Shown here: positions 24,502 through 37,159 of the stretch, one piece after another
How the letters are laid out: every line of letters starts with the position of its first letter
Position numbering within the stretch: position 1 is the stretch's first letter
Assembly: GCF_006345805.1 (NCBI RefSeq)
Contig: NC_043006.1
Location: 45,384,001 to 45,448,000 of the forward strand
Source: Octopus sinensis
Lineage: Eukaryota
Reading direction: 5' to 3'
Length of the DNA stretch: 64,000 nt
Made by a program: the position numbers and the translations under genes
The notes under the pieces: generated by a model
Seen by the model: only the letters and a program-made list of their open reading frames with translations
Databases searched by the model: none
What the model was told of the DNA's origin: nothing

Positions 24502-25147
24502 CAGCATTGGGTTAATTAACCATTATGCAAAATAAGCACGTGCCTAGGGCATCAAAGGAATGACGGGCACCTCAGAAATGGTGTACAGTTCACGGCACAA
24601 AAGAAATCACTTTAAACTTGCTAGAGAAGTATTCGAAGTTGTTTGTATGATCGGAAATATAAATTCGAAGTGTTCATGGTTTCATAGTGAGGATCTGATC
24701 AAAGACATTGCAATTAAAAAAAGTAGGAGAATTTTTTTTAAATATAAATAAAGTGGAAGTGCAAAGTGATAAATATTTTCCATTTTACTAAGGCGTCAAG
24801 CTGGCAGAATCGTTAGCTATCCAGGAGAAATGCATATCGACATTTTGTCCGTCTTCATGTTCTGAGTTCAAATTCCACCGAGGACTACTAAGTCTTTCCT
24901 TCAGGGTCGATAAATTAATTACCGGCGAAACAGAGGGATCGATGTTATCAAATAGACTCCTCCCCATAAATTCCAGGCATTGTGCCTATGCTAGAAGGGA
25001 TTAATTTCCATCTTACTGTTAGCTTTGTTTAAGTTTTGAAACGTAACAAATTATTTTATAGTTTATTATATTTTAAATTACATATATATGAGGGCACCAA
25101 AATGTTTTAAGTGCTTAGGGGCTTCTATGGCAATTAACCCAGCCTTG
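24502..25147 (+). mobile_element. Non-autonomous hAT element (second copy) with an independent SINE B insertion at about 24791-25004
   Basis: Homologous to 1083-1662; flanks gttagtta / attagtta (7/8); the SINE is flanked by tttccat(t/c)ttact. Confidence 0.8.
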
Positions 25148-27301
25148 ATTAGTTAACATAGCCACAAGACCAGAAAGGAGTATTTGGGCAGGGAAGACAA
25201 TTTATAACATTAAAACCTTGTGTATGAAGATGAATAGATAAGTAGATAGTTCAATTTATGCATAGTTATTTATTTGCACACGATATATTACATAATATGA
25301 TGTGAAATTTATATGGATGCAAGCTCTGTTTTGTCTTCTCATAAATAAAGGAGGAGTGTAAAATATTTAAGTAGTCCTTTTATTATCAATATTTTTTTAT
25401 GGTAGTGTCTGGTGCTTGTCACGTTGAGAACTGCTTAGTCCGTTGGGAAACATTGCGTTAGAGTACAGGGTAAAATATGTTATGATTTTTTCGACAGAGC
25501 TCTTTGCGTTTTGTCCTCAAATTCTATCACGGTCAACATTTACTTTCCATCCTTCCAGTGTCGATAAAAATAAAATACATACCTATTAAGTACTCGGGTC
25601 ACTTTAATCGGTTAAGCTTGAGTCTATGTTAGAGATTATTGTTATAATTACTATCACTGCTTCTTTTTTCCTCAGAATGGTACATATAACTTGGTCGCCT
25701 TGAGTACCAAGCAGCCTCCTCTTAGCCTTTTCCATTCTTTTTGGTCAATCTTAGCCATGGGGTGCTCTTCGCAATATTTTAGCTGTTCCAATAAACCAAC
25801 TCTTTGCATCAGTTACATTTCACAACTAACGTCGTCTTACATGGGCATACCGCATTTGCCAAGAGGCCCAATTCTAATCCATGTGTTACTGTCGATAAAT
25901 ACTATAGGGTCCAGGGCATTGATTTACCCGGGGACTTATAATGCTGCTAAGACTGTCCTATTCACAATCTCCTTCGATCTCTTCGTACGATTACAAGTAT
26001 GATAGTTGCCCTCTTCATTTTCTACATTCTAATGATTTCATACTTTAACTCGTTGAAATTATTATTGTAAAATATATCAAGAATACTGAGAATTCGCGAC
26101 AGTTTAACAGATACAAAAAGGTCAAGATAAAAAGTAGGTGACGCTTAAGAAAAAAAAAATGGCTTGTAGCTAGACAAGGTGACAACGGTGGTTGAGGCGA
26201 GGTTCACTCTATAGAATTTAGTTGCGAAATTAAATACATAGAAAGATTAATAGAATTAATAGGCCGTGAAGAGTAGTAGCACAAGTGACATTTCTAAACA
26301 GCTGGATATAGAGAGAACGCAGACACATCTGTGTGTTTGTTAACTTCAATGAACAAATGAAACGATGGCAGTAGAAGCTTTTGTACACCCTGCATAGTAT
26401 ACACATGTAGTCATATATATGACAGGCAAATGAATATATATATATATATATATAAATCTATAACATCATTGTACTACAATCTACGTATATAATGCTTCTA
26501 ACAAACGTTTTTTTTCTTTTTCTTTTGGTCGGGAGCCTTTTTTAAACAGTGGAACGAAATATATAAACTATTCTACACAGGTTTGTAAGACAATTGACTG
26601 ATGAATAAAATGAAGTGTGATGTGCGTGCGTGAGTGTTGAAAATCTATAAGCTCAGTCGGTCGAGCAACCGTGTACTTCTTTTACTGGGATGCATATTTC
26701 TCTGATGTGAAAATAAATATGTAATACGGCGTATTAAGATTTGATAAAGTTTTATCAATGCAATCACACTACAGCAGAACAAAATGATTACAAGACACTA
26801 GAAAAATATTTAAGGATATATTTGGTAATTTGATAAAACAGCTCTCATCTAGTAAAAACCAAATGTGTTATAATAAAAAATCATGCACATACAATCTTAC
26901 AAGTGCTGGTAACATAGAAAAATACACACATGCAATAAAGTAGTTGTTATTAGAAAGGGCATCAAGCTGTATAAACCATACTAACGCAGGGATTGGAGCC
27001 AGGACCAGATTAACACCCAAAGAGGGCCTACACATTTAAAAGATTTTGGTGTCTACTCCCCCCCCCCCCAATTTATATGTAATTAAAAATATAAACAATA
27101 ATAAACCATAAAATAAATTTTTATTATTTCGAAATAAAACAAAACTAACAGTAAGATGGAAAATAATGTTTTTCCTCTTTATATTTGAAAAGTTTTCTCC
27201 AACTTTTTTGAATTGCAAAGCCTTTGATCAGATCCTTAAAATTAAACTTATGTAACATATCTGCTTCTATACCTAGTAGAGATAAAGCATTCAGAATATT
27301 A

Positions 27302-27855
27302 TTGGGTTGTCCGGAAAGTTTGTGCCAATGTTTAAAGGAAAGAAAAAGGTCAATAAATACTTGCCATTACATTTTTAATCAACCAAATATGAACCATTTT
27401 GTTGCATAATGCTTCTCCATCTTTCCTTTAACTTGAAAATACCCTCTTCCCAGAATTGAGCTGGTTTCATGGCAAAGAATTCATCAAGGTCTCTTTTTAC
27501 GTCATCCAAGGAATTAAAATTTTTACCATTAAGACTATTCTGCAGAGACCTGATTAAGTGGAAATCCGAAGGAACAATATCTGGTGAATATGGAGGGTGG
27601 GGTAACACATCTCAGCCGAGCTGCAGCAATTTTTGTCTGGTTCCCAAAGCATCAAGTGCCAAAAATGAACTTTCTTATCTTCCATTTTAAAGGGTTACAG
27701 AATTAACACAGGATATAGGAACATAAACCTTCTTCCAGGAAAAGATAGCTTAAACTGTGCTCTAATGGAGGTGTAGTCAAATCTTATTTTATGGACTCAA
27801 CCATGTTCTAAAATAAGTCGAAAGGTAAGCTACATGAACTTTCTGGACAACTCAA
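27302..27855 (-). mobile_element. Internally deleted mariner (non-autonomous)
   Basis: TIR ttgggttgtcc(g/a)gaaagtt, TA flanks; MEDKKVHFWHLMLWE fused to ...LPHPPYSPDIVPSDFHL...NGSYLVD*. Confidence 0.92.
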
Positions 27856-28952
27856 TATTTTAGTAAACTGAAAGTGATTTCTTTTGTGTCGTAAACCATT
27901 TACCATTTCTGTGGTGCACCTCTTCCCTTGATGCCCTAAGCACATGCTTGTTTTGGTTAATGATTAATCCAGCACTGATTGAAGCACAATGCAGTCTTCA
28001 TACCTATCCAACCCTGTTGAACCAACCAACCCATGCCAAACAAAATGCTTAGCAACATTTCTACCAATATTACATTCTGAGTTCAAATACCAGCAAAGTC
28101 ACCTTTACCATTCGTTTTTAACCTGATGAAAAAGGTGCACATGGCTAAGGTGCTGGTAATATTATAATCTCCTGGTTTAATAAGAGTCATGATAAAGAAT
28201 ATCAAGGAATATGAAGACAGGTTAAAGTTGACTGACACATTTATTTCATCGTTAATAGATGATACAGCAAACTGGTATACACAAATAATTCTGTTAATTA
28301 AAATACATTGGTTCCTCATGCTTCTTGAAGATGTATGTAGGAAAGACATGAAACATGGCGACAAGAAATTCTGCTCACAATTCTCTCGTCACTGGTATCA
28401 TAGCAGAATAAGACTGCTCTCATACTGATGATCTGAACTCCATATTGACACTAGGGAAAATAGCAGGAAAAAGTATCCTTAAATAGCTAAGAGCAGGCTT
28501 AAAAAAGGACCACACTTTTCTGGTTGGGCAAGTGGTCTGACTGGATGACTTAAAACATCCAGTCAGCACTAACATATAGGGTCATGTGACTGCTTGGAGA
28601 TGAGCCAATAGTGATGAGTCTAAAGGTAAGGAGGCAAAATGTGGGTACCTAAAGGTAAAGAGCAAATATGCTTGCTACACATCTTTTCGTGCTTGATAAA
28701 GTAAGTACCAGTCAAGTACTGACATCGATGAAATCTACTAACTCTTTCCCACAAAATTTCAGATCTTAAGCCTATAGTAGAAAGAATTATAATTCTTAAG
28801 TCAATTGGCTGAAATTACAATCGGTGGATTTCTGTATATATATTTTTATTTTTCTACAAACACACACACAGATAGATAGATAAACAGATGGATAGATAGG
28901 CAGATAGATAAATAGACAGACAGGTTTCATACAGACGCCATGAGTGACTTAC

Positions 28953-28974
28953 AAATGGTACATATGAAAATATC
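28953..28974 (-). other. Candidate 22-nt micro-exon
   Basis: ttttttcttaag | gatattttcatatgtaccattt | gtaagt; splice signals only. Confidence 0.2.
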
Positions 28975-29486
28975 CTTAAGAAAAAATAATACATGAATAA
29001 ATATTATTTTGTTTTGCAACCATGATATACTACCAAATATATCAAAGGTTTCTAAGTCAATATTGTGTCTTACTTTTTGTGTTAGCAGTGTGATATTCTC
29101 ATTTCATTTTTTTTTTTTTTTTTTCAAGTGATAAACTATAGATTTTATATAGTATTCAAAGCCAGCACTGTAAGCTATAATATTTTATATATGAATATCT
29201 TTACATAAACAATGTGATTGAAGATAGAAAAGATGATGAGTTAAATGTGGTACTGATGAAAGAGCAATAACTCTAGAAACATGCATATACACACATTACT
29301 AATTTTTTCCTATTTGCAATCACATTGTTTACATAGCTGTATTTGTATGCAAAATGTTGTAACTCAGTGCTAGTTCTGAATTCTATAGAAAATCTAGACT
29401 TTATCACTTAAAAAATAGTGATGTTTGTAAATTTTGTAATCAAATTTTGCTATGTATCTGAACGCTTGAGTTCACTGATGCTCAAA

Positions 29487-29552
29487 TATTGTAAGTCTTG
29501 TTACTTCTTACGCTTAGACTTACAGGAGGATTTAATCACACACACACACACA

Positions 29553-29587
<35 letters not shown>

Positions 29588-29764
29588 TTCTCTCTTTCTC
29601 GTGTGTGTGTGTGTGTGTACTGGTGGTGGTAAACCCCAACCCACTCAAGGAGAGTCAGAGGGGTACCATGATGACATGCGGGGGAGAGGAGGAATCAGAG
29701 CTCATCCCACTCCAAGTCTGAATGAAGCTAATTTCTTCCAGAGACAAAAATGGGCATGTGTATG

Positions 29765-29802
<38 letters not shown>

Positions 29803-30125
29803 AGAGAGAGAAAAAGAGAGTGAGTATTGTAAGTCTTGATACTTCTTACCTTAGACTTACATGTGGATTTAATCATATACACACACACACACATTCTCTC
29901 CCTCTCTCTATCTCTCTCTCGTGTGTGTGCGTGTATTGGTGGTGGTAAGGTCCTCAACTCAGAGAGAATCAGAGGGACATCATGGTGACATAGTGGGGTC
30001 AGAACCCATCCCACACCAGGTATGAATAGAGCTAGTTTCTTTCAGAGACAAAATGTGCACATGTATGCATGTTTGTGTGTGTGTGTGTGTTTGTGTGTAT
30101 ATGAGAGAGAGAGAGAGAGAGAGAG
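29487..30125 (+). repeat. Old tandem duplication of a unit of about 338 bp containing microsatellites
   Basis: Units start tattgtaagtcttg at 29487 and 29825; the unique parts align throughout with moderate divergence. Confidence 0.85.
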
Positions 30126-30157
30126 AGTTAGTGAGTGAGTGAGTGAGTGAGTGAGTG

Positions 30158-30190
<33 letters not shown>

Positions 30191-30288
30191 AGAAGAAGGA
30201 GGAGGAGGAGGAGGAGAAGAAGAAGAAGAAGAAGAAGAAAGAAGAAGAAGAAGAAGAAGAAGAATGCCAGAGATGTTTCTATATGTAC

Positions 30289-30404
30289 CTTTCTTTTCTA
30301 ATAGCCGTAATGCACATATAGCCACTATATGAAATGTCAAAGAACTATATATACATGACCAGAGAACCATGATTTGGGTGACACCTTTGCTTTACTAAGA
30401 ATAT
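30289..30404 (-). other. Candidate exon (116 nt)
   Basis: ttatcttcttag acceptor and AAG|GTACAT donor; no frame is open end to end; the internal ATG gives the hydrophobic MVLWSCIYSSLTFHIVAICALRLLEKK. Confidence 0.2.
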
Positions 30405-31479
30405 CTAAGAAGATAAATATTTAATAACTTTTGTAGGGAGATAGCAAAATGCTTGAAAGTGTTTACCATTCATTAGCAGAAACTGTACCATTCCATTAGG
30501 ATTCTATACAGTAATACTTCATAGTTTAGATAACAATCTTGAATAAGTCTGTTGCTTTCTGTCTTGTTATTGTTTAAATCTGTTTAATCGCTGATTTTCA
30601 GACTATGGAGTGGAGGGGAATGGAACTGATGTCAATGCCTGACTAGCAGCATTTGTTTGGCGGATAGATATCAAAAACCGAAAGTTGGCAAACAATGATC
30701 TTTTCCATTAGCACAAAGCTTTTGGATTGATAGGAGAATGGTGAATGAAAGTGTGTGCATGTGTGTGTGTGTGTGTGTGTAATATTCATGTTTTCTCTTG
30801 TAAGTAGAATGGCTACTAATGGGAATTGAAACCGAGCTGCAGACGAAGCAGACTTCAATGTTAAACTATAAATAAATTATGATTTCCAACTCTGATTATT
30901 CTTGTGTGTGTGCATGTGTGCGCGCACACACACACACCTGTTTCATCTCGCATCCTTTTCCATATAAACTGTGTCTCTTCTATTTCATATAAAATTCATG
31001 ATGTAGATTTGAGTGACGCCTAAAGAAAGTGCTATTGTGAATAGTGTGTATACTGTTGTACAGTAGTATAACATCTATTTGCACACTAGTACTTCATTGC
31101 TTTCTTCACTATGTGTGCGTATGTGATGTGTGTGTGTGTGTGTGTGTGTGTTGCTATATGAATTTCCCATTGTGATTATCACTTTCATATCTTTCAAATT
31201 CAAAAAGCAATCAATGTTATCAGCCCATCACATTCCACTGTTTGCCATTTATATTGAGGACTTGTCACATAGCAAAAGAGTGAATTTTAGAAATTATAAT
31301 TTTCAGCTTGTTTCTGAAGAGAAGAGATGGCTCTGGAAGACACTAAGTAGAAAATTGACCAATATGGGATCTTTCCTCAACACTAAGAATTGAAAAGCTT
31401 ATGTCTGTGATTCAAATTTTACCCGCATTTAAATTTGAACAGCAGTTAGAGTACATTATTTACATTATTTACATTCAAC

Positions 31480-31600
31480 AGATATTTGTCCTCATCTTGT
31501 TTGTTGTTAAACTCAACGTTTCGGCTGATATACCCTTCAGCCTTTTTCAGGTGTCTTGGGGAAATTTCAAACCTGGATTCTCATTCTTAAGGTATTTTTC
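31480..31600 (-). mobile_element. Penelope-like terminal fragment with hammerhead stem II and GAAACGTT
   Basis: Homologous to 7965-8100; minus strand gacac-ctgaaaa-aggctg-aagggtatat-cagcc-GAAACGTT-gagtt. Confidence 0.6.
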
Positions 31601-31602
31601 GA

Positions 31603-31642
<40 letters not shown>

Positions 31643-31949
31643 GTTCAGGTCACTGCTTGGAATCGAACTCGGAGTCTTCGGGTTAGTAGCCCATGCTCTT
31701 AACCACTATGTCATATGCCCACGAAATACCACTAAGCATTTCGCCCAGCATGCTAATGTTTCTACCAGCTTGCTGCCTTTCATAGAAAATATATATGCAA
31801 TGTATTATAATATAAAGCATTTCCTGAGACTAAAAAATCTTTGCAACATGCAAATGTTACCACATGCTAAACCAATTTAAAGTACTATGTTTTGGAAATT
31901 CAGATGTTAGGCATGTTATGAATATCTGTACCTAATTTGTTTTCTCATT

Positions 31950-32300
31950 CATCATCATCATCATTTTTTAACGTCCGTTCTCCATGCTAGCATGAGTTGG
32001 ACGGTTCGACCGGGGATCTGGGAAGCCAGAAGGCTGCACCAGGCTCCAGTCTGATCTGACAGTGTTTCTACAGCTGGATGCCCTTCCTAACGCCAACCAC
32101 TCCGTGAGTGTAGTGGGTGCTTTTTACGTGCCACCGGCATGGAAGCCAGCCAAGGCGGCGCTGGCATCAGCCACATTCGGATGATGCTTTTTACGTGCCA
32201 CCAGCACGGAAGCCAGTCTAGGCGGCACTGGCATCGGCCACGTTCGGATGGTGCTTTTTATGTGCCACCAGCACAGGGATCACAGCTGCAGTTTCCATTG
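31950..32300 (-). mobile_element. SINE family E
   Basis: (CAT)n tail, gccaggctccagtctgatctg body and internal ttttacgtgccacc repeats. Confidence 0.88.
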
Positions 32301-32397
32301 ATTTTTGATGTTGGTTTTGATTCCAAGTTTTGATTTTGTTTTCTTGATGGATATAGACTGGTGGAGGTAGTGGCTGTGGTACAGATGATGAATTTTC

Positions 32398-32812
32398 GTG
32401 GCTGTGTGGTAGGAAGTTTGCTTCCCAACCATATGGTATTTGGTACAGTCTCACTGCATGGCACTTTGGGCAAGTGTCTTACTGTAGCCTTAGGTCAATC
32501 AAAGCCTTGATGCCTTGTCAGTGGATTTGGTAGATGGAAGCTGAAAGAAGCCTGTTGTGTATGTGTATCTGTGTGTGTGTGTGTGTGTGTGAGTGTATGT
32601 GTGTGTGTGTGTGTGTCTTTGTGTCTCTGTTTGGCAACCAATGTTGGTGTGTTTACGTCCCCATAACTTAGTAGTTCAGCGAAAGTGTCTGATAAAATAG
32701 GTACCAGTCTTTAAAAAAATTAAGTACTGGAGTCAATTTGTTCGACTAATATTCTTCAAGGCAGTGCCCCCAACATGGCCACAGTTGACAGAAACAAAAG
32801 ATAAGAAATATA
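32398..32812 (+). mobile_element. SINE family A, CpG-decayed
   Basis: gtggctgtgtggtaggaag head through the gaaacaaaagataag tail. Confidence 0.85.
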
Positions 32813-35600
32813 CAAGGATGTAATATTTATCAAGTGTCTTGAGAGCTGTTAACACATGAGAAAACTAAAATCAGAACCTTTACAAATAGAAATCTTAAGA
32901 ATTCCTACAGTTCATATACATAAAGAAAACAATATCCAAATTTATAACAAGAAAACAAATTAATTGAAGATCTTCATAACATACCTAACATTTTAATTTC
33001 CAAATGATAGTATTTCTAATTGGCTCAGAATGCGATAATATTTTCATGTAACAGAGTTTTTGTAACTAGAGGAAATGCTTTGCATCTGAATACTCCATCT
33101 GTGTGCTAAGCGAGATGGTTTTCACGGTGAACTTGTGGCACACATGGCCCTCTGATGACCACTAGTTTGCTTACTTTAAAACTGTGCTTTAGTGGTCATC
33201 CAAAGTTGTGCCTTTAAATTAGACATTTTATGTTCAGTGAAGTAATGTTTTGTTAGTCTTCAAAACATCCTGTTAGTAGAGTTTGTCATATTGTGATGAG
33301 GGACAAAGCTACAAATCATATGAGCCCAGTTCTTAAAATATTATGGCTATGTCTGATTATAAGTTTTAACAGCTGTATTAGCTGGTTAAGTGACTTAAGT
33401 AGAACTTCCTTTCATTTTATTATGTTGTTCAAGGGAATGGCATTTAGAATTTGTTGTCTCAACACTTCAGACACTATAGATTTGTTTGAGGTAAGAATTA
33501 TCTAGTCATGTGATTTGTTGAAACTCCCCATTGATTATAGTTGTCATGGAGACCAAACTGCTGAATATGTGGTTCCTGAACTTCAGAAAATAGAAATTTA
33601 TTTGTAGAAAGATTTTGTTGCAGTAAAGGCAAGTCACATGACTTATATAGAAGGTGTCTCATTAGGTAGTTTGGCCGAGGAAGATTTGCCAGTTGTATTG
33701 GCAGGTTGAGAGTTGTATATTATCTTATTGGCATGGCAATTTAGAAACTGATTAGCAGAGTAAATATGGTAATGAAAATGGTCTTATGAAAACAATACTT
33801 AACTTAAATTTATGAATGTTATTACCTAATGGATAAAATTCATGAAAGGATTAAACTAATATGGCAATATTCAGAAAATTGGACCAGTTTTTCAAATGAA
33901 ACACATGGCTTTTCTTATATATATATATTAAAAAAGAAAAAAAAATCTGTGAGTAATAAAGAAAAGAACAAGGAAGAGATGGTTTTATGAGTATGAAAAA
34001 AAAAAAGGCATTGATTTTGTTGAGAAAGGTTTATTTTGGAAGCTAACAGAGAAATCAATTATGTAATTGTGAAGCATAGGAAACCATTTTCAGAAAATAG
34101 GAATAATTTATAAAGAAATAATCTTGTTTCCCTGTTATCACCAAACAAGAAAAACCAGTTTATGAAATTAAAATGGCCATCAAGGGAAATTAGCCAAGAC
34201 CATTGTTAAGCGGTTGTATCTTTAGTTCTAAGACTGTTAGCTGAAAGATGTTTTTAGAGAAATTCACTTGCAGCTTGAGATCATAGAAGTAGGTTTTCAG
34301 GAACATCTTTAGAATATTTGAAATCTAAAACTAAGACCTGTTTTGAGAAAGAACTATTAAAATTTCCAAGCTGAATAGATTAACATTTTATATTTGTTTG
34401 CTTCCAATCTCACAGACTTCTCTATAATTTTAAAAAGTACATGTCTATTTTGATAGAAAGTGTTTTGATTGAAAGTGTATCTCTCTCTCACAAGGCATAC
34501 TCATACTTCTTTGTTTAAACACAATTTTCTAACCAGTTTATAGTAAGGTTTTAATAGTTACCAACAACACTGTATATGAGTAAAGATAAAATAAAATGAG
34601 ATACTCCAAAACTATTCTGAGGCCTTCATCTATTCTTGTGTCTGATTTTAGCAGAATTAAACCTCAATGATGATAGCTTTGGATGTTTCTCTCAAATCAT
34701 CTTACTGGCATCTATTTAATTTGTTTCATTCTTTGTTAATGTTTCATCAGAATATTGAGATATAAATAATCATTTCAATTCTATAGCTACAGTCTAGAAA
34801 AACTTATGTCTAAAATTACTTTAACCTTTTTGTTACCATATTGATATACTCTGCCTTTATTTCAGTTAATTTTGAAATTAATGAAGAATTTACTAAGATA
34901 ACAAATCATATAGTGTTTAGAGCATAAATTAAAATGAAATTTTGATGAAAGATTTTAATTTAGATTGCTTTAAATCATGAAATTTGCTCCATCAAACCAG
35001 GGGAAAGTCTTAGGCAGATTGGACTCAGAAAGCCAAAAGCTCTAAACCTCTTGTTAAGACAATTCTCTGAATATTTTAATAACACAAAGATTTGTTCATT
35101 GAAGAATCTACACCAACTACTATTTGAATTTTAGGAAAATAGGATATTATTATCAGAAGACATATTAAATGCACGTTTTTCTTCAAAAATGTCTTTAAAA
35201 ATTCTCCCTGAGTCCTATATGCAAAGCTGGGCCTCCTATAAACTTTAATACACTAACAACATTTTTTGGTGCTATGTCTGTGCTGGTGCTGTGTCCATGC
35301 TTGTCCCATGTAAAAAGCTCCCAGAACACTGTAAATTGGTTAGTGATAGGTAGGGCATCCAGTTGTAGAAACCAAGTCAAATCAGACTGGAACCTACTGC
35401 AGCTCTCTGGCTTGCCAACTCTAGTCAAATCATCCAACCCATGCCAGCATGGAAAATGGACGTTAAATGATGATGTTGCACTGCTGAAATTGAAATGCAT
35501 CTAGTATGCCTGTGCATCTTTTATGCCATCAATTATGGTATTATCATTATATATCCAGAATAACTATAACAATTATAAGAGAAGAAAATAAGCTACTCAC

Positions 35601-35642
35601 CATGTGATTTAGATGTCACATTCATGAAAGCATGCAAAATAA
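35601..35642 (-). CDS. Candidate 42-nt symmetric phase-1 exon, (V)ILHAFMNVTSKSH
   Basis: tttcttttccaag acceptor, G|GTGAGT donor; only the phase-1 frame is open. Confidence 0.25.
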
Positions 35643-35734
35643 CTTGGAAAAGAAAAAAAACCTATGAAACAAAACTGCATGGCTGGGAAACTCAGACTTT
35701 TCGGGTGACCCAATGGGTCATGGGAAGTCTAGTT

Positions 35735-35772
<38 letters not shown>

Positions 35773-35773
<1 letters not shown>

Positions 35774-36052
35774 TGCTGTGTCTGGGGAGAGTCACTCTCT
35801 TCTGATGCCCTACAACTCAACACACTCACCAGTAAAACTTCTCCCCACTTCCCCTGTTCCTCCAAAATTCTTGCTGCATCCTGTAACCCTCTCAATAGTT
35901 TTGAGAGTCAGAACTATTGAAAAGGTTACAAGACACAACAAAAATTTTTGAAAAATATAAAAGAAATAGAAAAGAAATAAGTGGAAACTCCACCAGTGAG
36001 TGTGTTAAACCACAGGGCACCAAAAGAGAATGACTCTCCCCAGACACAACAG
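35773..36052. mobile_element. Fully palindromic TA-flanked MITE (Tc1/mariner-type target)
   Basis: Ends ctgctgtgtctggggagagtca / tgactctccccagacacaacag; imperfect arms of about 135 bp meeting near 35905. Confidence 0.85.
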
Positions 36053-36116
36053 TATATCCTTCAACACACAAACTCACATAAAGAATCTTGCAAACCAAAT
36101 CCCAAAACGAAATATA

Positions 36117-36682
36117 TTGGGTTGTCGTGTCAATTTTTAAAAGAAAGAAAAAGGTAAATAAATATTTGCCATTACATTTTTAATCATTTTAATCAACCAA
36201 ATATGAACCATTTTGTTGCACAATGCATCTCCATCTTTCCTTTAACTTGAAAATACCCTCTTCCCAGAATTGAGCTGGTTTCATGGCAAAGAATTCATCA
36301 AGGTATCTTTTTATGTCATCCAAGGAATTGAAATTTTTACCATTAAGACTATTCTGCAGAGACCTGATTAAGTGGAAATCCAAAGGAGCAATATCTGGTG
36401 AATATGGAAGGTGGGGTAACACATCCCAGCCGAGCTGCAGCAATTTTTGTCTGGTTCCCAAAGCATCAAATGCCAAAAATGAACTTTCTTATCTTCCATT
36501 TTAAAGGGTTAGAGAATTAACACATGTTATAGGAGCATAAATCTTCTTCCACGAAAAAGATAGCTTAAACTCTGCTCTAAATGGAGGTGTAGTCAAATCC
36601 TATTTTATGAACTCAGCCATGTTCTAAAATAAGTCGAAAGGTAAGCTACTATAAATCAGCACAAACTTCCTGGACAACCCAA
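36117..36682 (-). mobile_element. Internally deleted mariner, second copy
   Basis: Same family and same deletion junction as 27302-27855; TA flanks. Confidence 0.92.
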
Positions 36683-36713
36683 TATATATATATATATATA
36701 TTTTTTTTTTTTT

Positions 36714-36900
36714 TGGCGTTAGGAAGGGCATCCTGGCGTTAGGAAGGGCATCCTGGCGTTAGGAAGGGCATCCAGCTGTAGAAACATTGCCAGATTAGAC
36801 TGGAGCCTGGTGCAGCCTTCTGGCTTCCCAGAACTCCGGTCGAACTGTCCAACCCATGCTAGCATGGAGAACGGACGTTAAACGATGATGATGATGATGA
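36714..36900 (+). mobile_element. 5'-truncated SINE family E with a triplicated 20-mer at its 5' junction
   Basis: tggcgttaggaagggcatcc x3 (36714-36773), then the normal body and (GAT)n tail. Confidence 0.9.
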
Positions 36901-37050
36901 TGATATATATATATATATATATATACATTGTTTATGTATATATATACAGTAGTAACAAAGAACGGCAAAGAAGGAAGCAAGGAAAAAAGTTGAAGGCCAT
37001 TTGAATGTTTTCAAAGAAAAAAACATTTGGTTGTGTTTATGTTGTCATAC

Positions 37051-37089
37051 CAAAGGCAGGAGGACTTGTATTATTTAAGAATTTCATTG
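37051..37089 (-). CDS. Candidate 39-nt symmetric phase-1 exon, (A)MKFLNNTSPPAF
   Basis: ttttaaacgttgag acceptor, G|GTATGA donor; only the phase-1 frame is open. Confidence 0.2.
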
Positions 37090-37159
37090 CTCAACGTTTA
37101 AAATAGTATTTTTTCCTTTCCTGTTGCTCATTGACATTTTCAACTTGGAGTGGTTGTTA

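Noticed and set aside
30289-30404. Resemblance to SRD5A3 (PKSWFS-H-Y), TMEM170 (LW..SSL.FH) or TMEM33 (ALRL)
   Set aside because: Each needs gaps or a frameshift, the conserved neighbouring motifs are absent, and the matches are mutually exclusive
33151-33200. CTGATGA followed by an 11-bp stem, as a hammerhead, SECIS or C/D snoRNA
   Set aside because: No GAAA after the stem, the ATGA is Watson-Crick paired rather than in a kink-turn, and there is no D box
33175-33269. Minus-strand segment with very strong acceptor (ctaacag) and donor (gtaagc)
   Set aside because: Stops in all three frames; shows that splice-like signals arise by chance here
33434-33490. Plus-strand 57-nt exon candidate GMAFRICCLNTSDTIDLFE
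   Set aside because: Good splice signals but no recognisable homology or compatible partner exon; cannot be supported without RNA data
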